DNA from: Candidatus Thorarchaeota archaeon | GTDB taxonomy: Archaea > Asgardarchaeota > Thorarchaeia > Thorarchaeales > Thorarchaeaceae | Assembly (NCBI GenBank): GCA_048882325.1 | Contig: JBHLRS010000009.1 | Coordinates: 1 to 64,000, forward strand | Direction: 5' to 3' | DNA length: 64,000 bases | Shown here: in pieces, positions 59,383 through 64,000 of the stretch | Layout: every line of letters starts with the position of its first letter | Position numbering within the stretch: position 1 is the first letter of the stretch | Translations under genes and position numbers: made by a program | Notes under the pieces: model-generated | Told to the model about the DNA's origin: nothing | Seen by the model: the letters and a program-made list of their open reading frames with translations, nothing else | The model's database searches: none

Positions 59383-60389
59383 CCAAGACTGAGTTCAGGG
59401 ACTAACAACTTGTCCACTGATTTTGCGAATTTCCTTATCGCATCATCTGGGAAAGGCCAAAGTGTCTTCAGTCTCATGGACCGGATGGTGGGTTCTGAGG
59501 TCAACTCCATTAGTTCTTCCACTGATCTCGAAGTAGAACCGTATGAAATTATACCCCATGTAGCAATGTCTGGTCCTGTAATTTCATAATCCTCAAGGAT
59601 ATGAGCCGCATTCTGAATCTTTGCAGATAGTCGCCGAATCAATTTGTCATGAACTTCTGGGTCTGCAGTCTTTCTAAGTCCTAGCTCATTATGAGTTGAT
59701 CCAGTAATGAGTAAGTCATGCCCGTCACCAAATCTAGGCATCAATGCATGTCCATCATCATCAGTACTCCCATAAGGTGTTGCTCCCACTGATGCAAACC
59801 GCCTCTTCACTGTAGTGTCACGAGTTACATCAATCACCACCTTTTCCCGGGAATGAGCTACAATTTCATCTGAGAGTAAAATAACTGGATGCCTCAGCCT
59901 TTCAGACAACTCAAAGGCCCTCAAAGTTAGTTCGTAGGTTTCTTGTGCAGAGTTAGGAGCGAGTACAACGCTTTCATGATCTCCATGAGTTCCCCATCGT
60001 GCTTGCATGAAATCTCCTTGAGCAGCTTTTGTTGCCTGCCCTGTGCTTGGACCAGCTCTCTGAACATCAACAATGACACAAGGAGTTTCCGTCATTATTG
60101 CATATCCGATATTCTCTTGCATCAGACTGAATCCTGGACCTGATGTTGCAGTCATAGACAATGCTCCACCCCAAGAACTCCCAATGATTGCAGATATGGC
60201 TGCAATTTCGTCCTCCATCTGAACATATACCCCTCCGATTTTCGGAAGTCTAGCTGACATAATCTCAGCAATCTCAGAAGCAGGAGTAATAGGATATCCA
60301 GCAAAGAATTTACAACCTGCAGCAATTGCAGCTTCAGCGCAGGCTTGATTTCCCTGCCAGAATTCGACTGATTGATTTTTGGCAGACAT
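59262..60389 (-). CDS. korA: 2-oxoacid:ferredoxin oxidoreductase alpha subunit
   Basis: GYPITPASE, QMEDEI, TATSGPGFSLMQE, QRAGPSTG. Confidence 0.9.
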   Translation of the reverse strand: MSAKNQSVEFWQGNQACAEAAIAAGCKFFAGYPITPASEIAEIMSARLPKIGGVYVQMEDEIAAISAIIGSSWGGALSMTATSGPGFSLMQENIGYAIMTETPCVIVDVQRAGPSTGQATKAAQGDFMQARWGTHGDHESVVLAPNSAQETYELTLRAFELSERLRHPVILLSDEIVAHSREKVVIDVTRDTTVKRRFASVGATPYGSTDDDGHALMPRFGDGHDLLITGSTHNELGLRKTADPEVHDKLIRRLSAKIQNAAHILEDYEITGPDIATWGIISYGSTSRSVEELMELTSEPTIRSMRLKTLWPFPDDAIRKFAKSVDKLLVPELSLGQLSNEVSRAVKGIVEVTPLHKIGGGLMINPDEILSVMSN

Positions 60390-60499
60390 AGTTACGACTC
60401 CAATTTGTCGTTGGTCAACATGGTCAAGATAAGCATACTCTTACAGCAGTACTAAATTGCCGATAGTCTTTTATCAAATTTAACTTGGTGAGTCACGAA

Positions 60500-60576
60500 G
60501 CGACCGTGGTCTAGCCTGGTTAGGACGGAAGCCTCCCAAGCTTCCAAGCCGGGTTCAAATCCCGGCGGTCGCACCA
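60500..60576 (+). tRNA. tRNA-Gly(CCC), intronless
   Basis: GCGACCG/CGGTCGC, GAAGC-CTCCCAA-GCTTC, TTCAAAT, CCA. Confidence 0.95.
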
Positions 60577-60787
60577 CTGATTTTCGTCAGATTTAAGGGA
60601 GGATAATTAATTATATTCTTGGCGAGCGATGATTGCGATGACCCCTATGAGTCAGAATTGACGATGATATGGATCTTGAGTTAGGAGCTCGCCATTACTT
60701 TCGGTAACCTCCCCTTTTATCATACATTTAATCGTACGCTCCGCAAATGCTTTTAAGGTGCCTCAGCGAAATTGCATTTGGACTGTC

Positions 60788-61999
60788 ATGCCGCACGACT
60801 ATGTTGAAGATGAACTCAGTAGGCGTAGTGTCTTCAAATCTGAACAATTCCTATCGATAGACTATGTGCCAGAGAGTCTTCCCCATCGACAGTCCGAGAT
60901 TAGAACACTTGTTCAAAGTTTCAAGACTTTGATCAGTTCACCGGGGCGCACTAGTCACAAGTTCATCATTGAAGGTCCTGTGGGAACAGGGAAGACAGCG
61001 GTGGCTAAGCGGTTTTCTGAACAGATGATTCAAGCTGCAAAGCGGAGAAATATCAGACTCCACAGTATCCATATTAACTGCCGTGTTAACAAGACCGCAT
61101 ATCTCGTTTTTCTTAGAGCTCTAAGGGAGTTCAAACCGAAATTTCCTAGACGTGGTCATTCTCCTGACGAGTTACTACAGATGCTAGTTGAAGTCCTTGA
61201 TGAGGAGGATCGCTATCTCCTTCTGATTCTTGACGAACTTGATTACTTCATTAGGCAAAGGGGATCAGACATTCTCTATGACCTCACAAGACTAATGGAT
61301 GACCGACTAAATGCCACACAGCGCCTCTCAATAATAGGAATTGGTCGTAAGATTCCTCTTGATGATGAAATTCTGGATTCTAGTACACGTAGTACGCTCC
61401 AGCGTAATGTCCTCCGTTTCTCGAGGTATAATCGCGATGCGCTTTCTGACATCCTCACCGACCGTGTAGATATGGCATTTGAGAGTAAGGCAGTCATGGA
61501 TGAAACGATTCAAGTAATCTGTGATATTGCAGCTGAACATGGTGATGCACGATATGCAATTGAACTCCTCTGGCGTGCAGGAAAACGTGCAGATCGTGAC
61601 CGAGTAGATGTTGTAATTCCTGACTATGCCCGTCGTGCAAAAGCTGACACACATCCAGAACTCAGAAAAGAGATTTTTGCTGCATTGCCAACACAACACA
61701 AACTTCTGCTCCTAGCTGCAGCAAGACAGCTTAGGGAAATTCGTAGTGCCTATGTCACCATAGGCGAAGTCGAAGAGATGTATCGTACAATTTGTGAAGA
61801 GTATTATGAAGAACCTAGAGCTCATACTCAGATTTGGGAATGGGTACAAGATCTTCACTCTCATGGTATAATTGATACGAAAAAATCAGGGACAGGACAA
61901 AGAGGACAGACAACTCTCATAGGCTTTTCAGACGTTCCAGCTGAGATGTTGGAGCAATTTCTCTCAGGATTACTTGATACATCTAAGGAGGCTGTGTGA
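60788..61999 (+). CDS. cdc6: second Orc1/Cdc6 paralogue
   Basis: GPVGTGKT, ILDELD, HGDARYAIELL, SGTGQRGQTT wing. Confidence 0.93.
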   Translation: MPHDYVEDELSRRSVFKSEQFLSIDYVPESLPHRQSEIRTLVQSFKTLISSPGRTSHKFIIEGPVGTGKTAVAKRFSEQMIQAAKRRNIRLHSIHINCRVNKTAYLVFLRALREFKPKFPRRGHSPDELLQMLVEVLDEEDRYLLLILDELDYFIRQRGSDILYDLTRLMDDRLNATQRLSIIGIGRKIPLDDEILDSSTRSTLQRNVLRFSRYNRDALSDILTDRVDMAFESKAVMDETIQVICDIAAEHGDARYAIELLWRAGKRADRDRVDVVIPDYARRAKADTHPELRKEIFAALPTQHKLLLLAAARQLREIRSAYVTIGEVEEMYRTICEEYYEEPRAHTQIWEWVQDLHSHGIIDTKKSGTGQRGQTTLIGFSDVPAEMLEQFLSGLLDTSKEAV

Positions 62000-62005
62000 A
62001 AATAG

Positions 62006-62290
62006 ATGAACGACGATAATGTGTCAAAGATTCCTATAGAGGAGATATTCTCGTCAAGAGGTCGAATCAAAATTCTCAAGGAACTGGCTGCTTCAAATGA
62101 GCTGAATATCTCAGAATTATGTAGGAGAGTAGATCTCAATCATAGCTCTACTAAATCACATCTAGAAGTGTTGTTGAGTTCGGGTCTGATAGAAGAAAAG
62201 AAATTTGGCAGAATCAAAATTTACCGATACAAGATTGAGGACCTCAGAGCACGTTCATTAAGAAGTTTGTTTAATCTTTGGGAGTCATGA
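62006..62290 (+). CDS. winged-HTH protein
   Basis: IFSSRGRIKIL, LNISELCRR, EKKFGRIKIY. Confidence 0.85.
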   Translation: MNDDNVSKIPIEEIFSSRGRIKILKELAASNELNISELCRRVDLNHSSTKSHLEVLLSSGLIEEKKFGRIKIYRYKIEDLRARSLRSLFNLWES

Positions 62291-62304
62291 GAGGGTTCCA
62301 GAAT

Positions 62305-63180
62305 ATGGTTAGCTATCTCTCTCGCCTATTCTATCTTGGTGACAACTATTATGGCTCACAATACCAACCAGGACTTACCACTGTCCAAGGAGAACTAATT
62401 GATGCACTTTCAGATTGGAGTGGAGAGCATCATTCCACCCAAACAGTTCAGATCTCCGGTAGAACCGACAGAGGAGTTCACAGTATTGGTCAGTTAGTGA
62501 TGGTGTCCACGGAAAAACAGTTCAATATTGACAAAATAAATCGGTACCTCCCTGATGACATCATATTATGGGCTTTTACAGTTGCACCTTCTAATTTCGT
62601 GCCTCGCTATGATGTATTGATGCGACACTATCGATACTATCTTGATCAATCTTGGTCACAGGTGAATCTGACATCTGTTAAGAAGGCTGTATCACTTCTT
62701 GTTGGGTCAAATGATTTCAATCGCCTTGCAAAACCTGATGGTGATAGAAACACAGTCACAACAATTCTGAATATATCAATACATGAATTCAACGGATCAT
62801 ACTTTTTAGATATCTTTGGAACTCGATTTCTTTGGAAACTCATTCGTAAAATGATCACTCTGCTCACAGAAATTGGCAAAGAAAGAATCAGACTTGATGC
62901 AATTAATGACATTCTCTCAGGAAAACGAGTTCTTGCAAGTGGCGTTCAGCCAGCACCTCCAGAGAATTTGGTTCTTATGGAATCAGTTGTACCAATTAGG
63001 ATGACGACAAGCAAAAACGCAGTCAGACTAATTCGAACTATGTTGGCGGATCAACTTGGTAGATATAGACGCGCAATTACGACAATCGAAAATGTCAGTG
63101 GTTTCTTTTCTGAACCAAAGATGACTTTTCAACATTCAACCAAGCAGCAAAATCACTCAGACTCTTTGGATTTATCTTGA
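62305..63180 (+). CDS. truA: tRNA pseudouridine(38-40) synthase
   Basis: SGRTDRGVH, FLWKLIR, APPENLVL. Confidence 0.92.
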   Translation: MVSYLSRLFYLGDNYYGSQYQPGLTTVQGELIDALSDWSGEHHSTQTVQISGRTDRGVHSIGQLVMVSTEKQFNIDKINRYLPDDIILWAFTVAPSNFVPRYDVLMRHYRYYLDQSWSQVNLTSVKKAVSLLVGSNDFNRLAKPDGDRNTVTTILNISIHEFNGSYFLDIFGTRFLWKLIRKMITLLTEIGKERIRLDAINDILSGKRVLASGVQPAPPENLVLMESVVPIRMTTSKNAVRLIRTMLADQLGRYRRAITTIENVSGFFSEPKMTFQHSTKQQNHSDSLDLS

Positions 63181-64000
63181 TAATCTCATGAATAACATCA
63201 AGATGAGTACTTCTTACTCTCCTTTTTGAAACTCCTGTGAGAGAAGATAGGGCGCTACGAACCTCAGACTGTTTGTCGCGTTTTCTATTCCCTTGCCAAA
63301 CTAATAATGGCCATGTGGGTTGTGAATACTTAACTCGCCGGAATGGTGATTCAGATCGACTCATTGCCACTCCCAGTGAAAGGAAATCGTAAAAGTATGC
63401 AAGAAGTTTCCAGTTCTGGTCTCTCATAATTCTTCCAAGCGTCATATCAGCAAGAGAGAGCTGTTCAAACCCCTCATCCAGTTCTTTTGGAGTTAAAAGA
63501 TGAAGATGAAGGTTCTCTTCTAGCCATAGCACCAATGAATCGTGGTTAAGCTCAGATTCAGATACTGCTCTTTTTGCCATTTTAGAATCAGCTGATGCAA
63601 ACAGATGCCAGAGTGTTTCTTCTGTTCCTCTTTTTGAATCTCTAAAGACTGTCTCTATTGCTGAAGATGTCAAACCACTTCTTACATGTGACTCCAAATC
63701 AGAGATTGCAGCACGCAGGTCACCTCCAGAACCTTCGATAATCTCATCCAGAACGTCACTTGAAACATCCGCCTTGTTTTCAGATAATATGCGTTTCAAG
63801 ACCTTTTCCATGTCGTCGTTATCGATAAGACCGAAATTGAAGACTTGACATACCTTCATCAAGTCCTTGAGACGTGGACTGTTCGGATCATTTGCAGTCA
63901 TCACAATCGGATGAACTGTATCTTTGATCACCTTCAAGATTGCACCAACGCCACCTCTGTCGCTAGTCCCAGAGAGACCATCAACTTCATCAAGCAGTAT
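63095..64000 (-). CDS. rfcL: replication factor C large subunit (5' end outside window)
   Basis: Open to the edge: ILLDEVDGLSG..RGG, PIVMTAND, GDLRAAISDL, WKLLAY. Confidence 0.9.
   Translation of the reverse strand: MLLDEVDGLSGTSDRGGVGAILKVIKDTVHPIVMTANDPNSPRLKDLMKVCQVFNFGLIDNDDMEKVLKRILSENKADVSSDVLDEIIEGSGGDLRAAISDLESHVRSGLTSSAIETVFRDSKRGTEETLWHLFASADSKMAKRAVSESELNHDSLVLWLEENLHLHLLTPKELDEGFEQLSLADMTLGRIMRDQNWKLLAYFYDFLSLGVAMSRSESPFRRVKYSQPTWPLLVWQGNRKRDKQSEVRSALSSLTGVSKRRVRSTHLDVIHEIIKINPKSLSDFAAWLNVEKSSLVQKRNH

Noticed and set aside
60620-60690. Possible C/D-box sRNA or micro-ORF (repeated CGATGA)
   Set aside because: No proper RTGATGA/CTGA pair; the 21-codon ORF has no supporting features
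1-64000. CRISPR array, rRNA, transposase/integrase
   Set aside because: No regularly spaced direct repeats, rRNA-like tracts or recognisable recombinase ORFs were seen

Overview
Gene-dense archaeal chromosomal segment, most consistent with an Asgard archaeon. Thorarchaeia-like is my inference, from Rpo8, eS1, roadblock/small-GTPase genes, an RPA3-like OB protein, the Hdr cluster and intron-rich tRNAs. It is mostly core genome. It holds an HdrCBA-A/MvhD cluster with an uncharacterised wHTH-ferredoxin partner and an acyl-CoA dehydrogenase; a replication/transcription supercluster (GINS, PriS, PCNA, RPA3-like, TFS, Rpo11, Csl4, Cdc6 with a candidate oriC, PolD DP1); KEOPS/ribosomal genes; HerA-NurA; pyrG; a second Cdc6; TruA; and RFC-L. 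There are five tRNAs, four of which carry BHB introns at non-canonical positions (10/11, 43/44, 53/54, 58/59). The strongest leads are: (1) an operon of tandem roadblock + DENN/folliculin-like + MglA-type GTPase; (2) a ~12 kb block with a membrane-anchored VirB4/HerA ATPase, Ig-like surface proteins, an Flp-like pilin, a pilus ATPase and a TFB paralogue, a candidate DNA-exchange system; (3) an unannotated 48-aa lysine-rich TFS-like zinc ribbon; (4) a ~225-nt structured RNA at the window start and a structured pcna leader. No CRISPR array, rRNA or transposase was seen. All family calls come from recognising motifs by eye, not from database searches.
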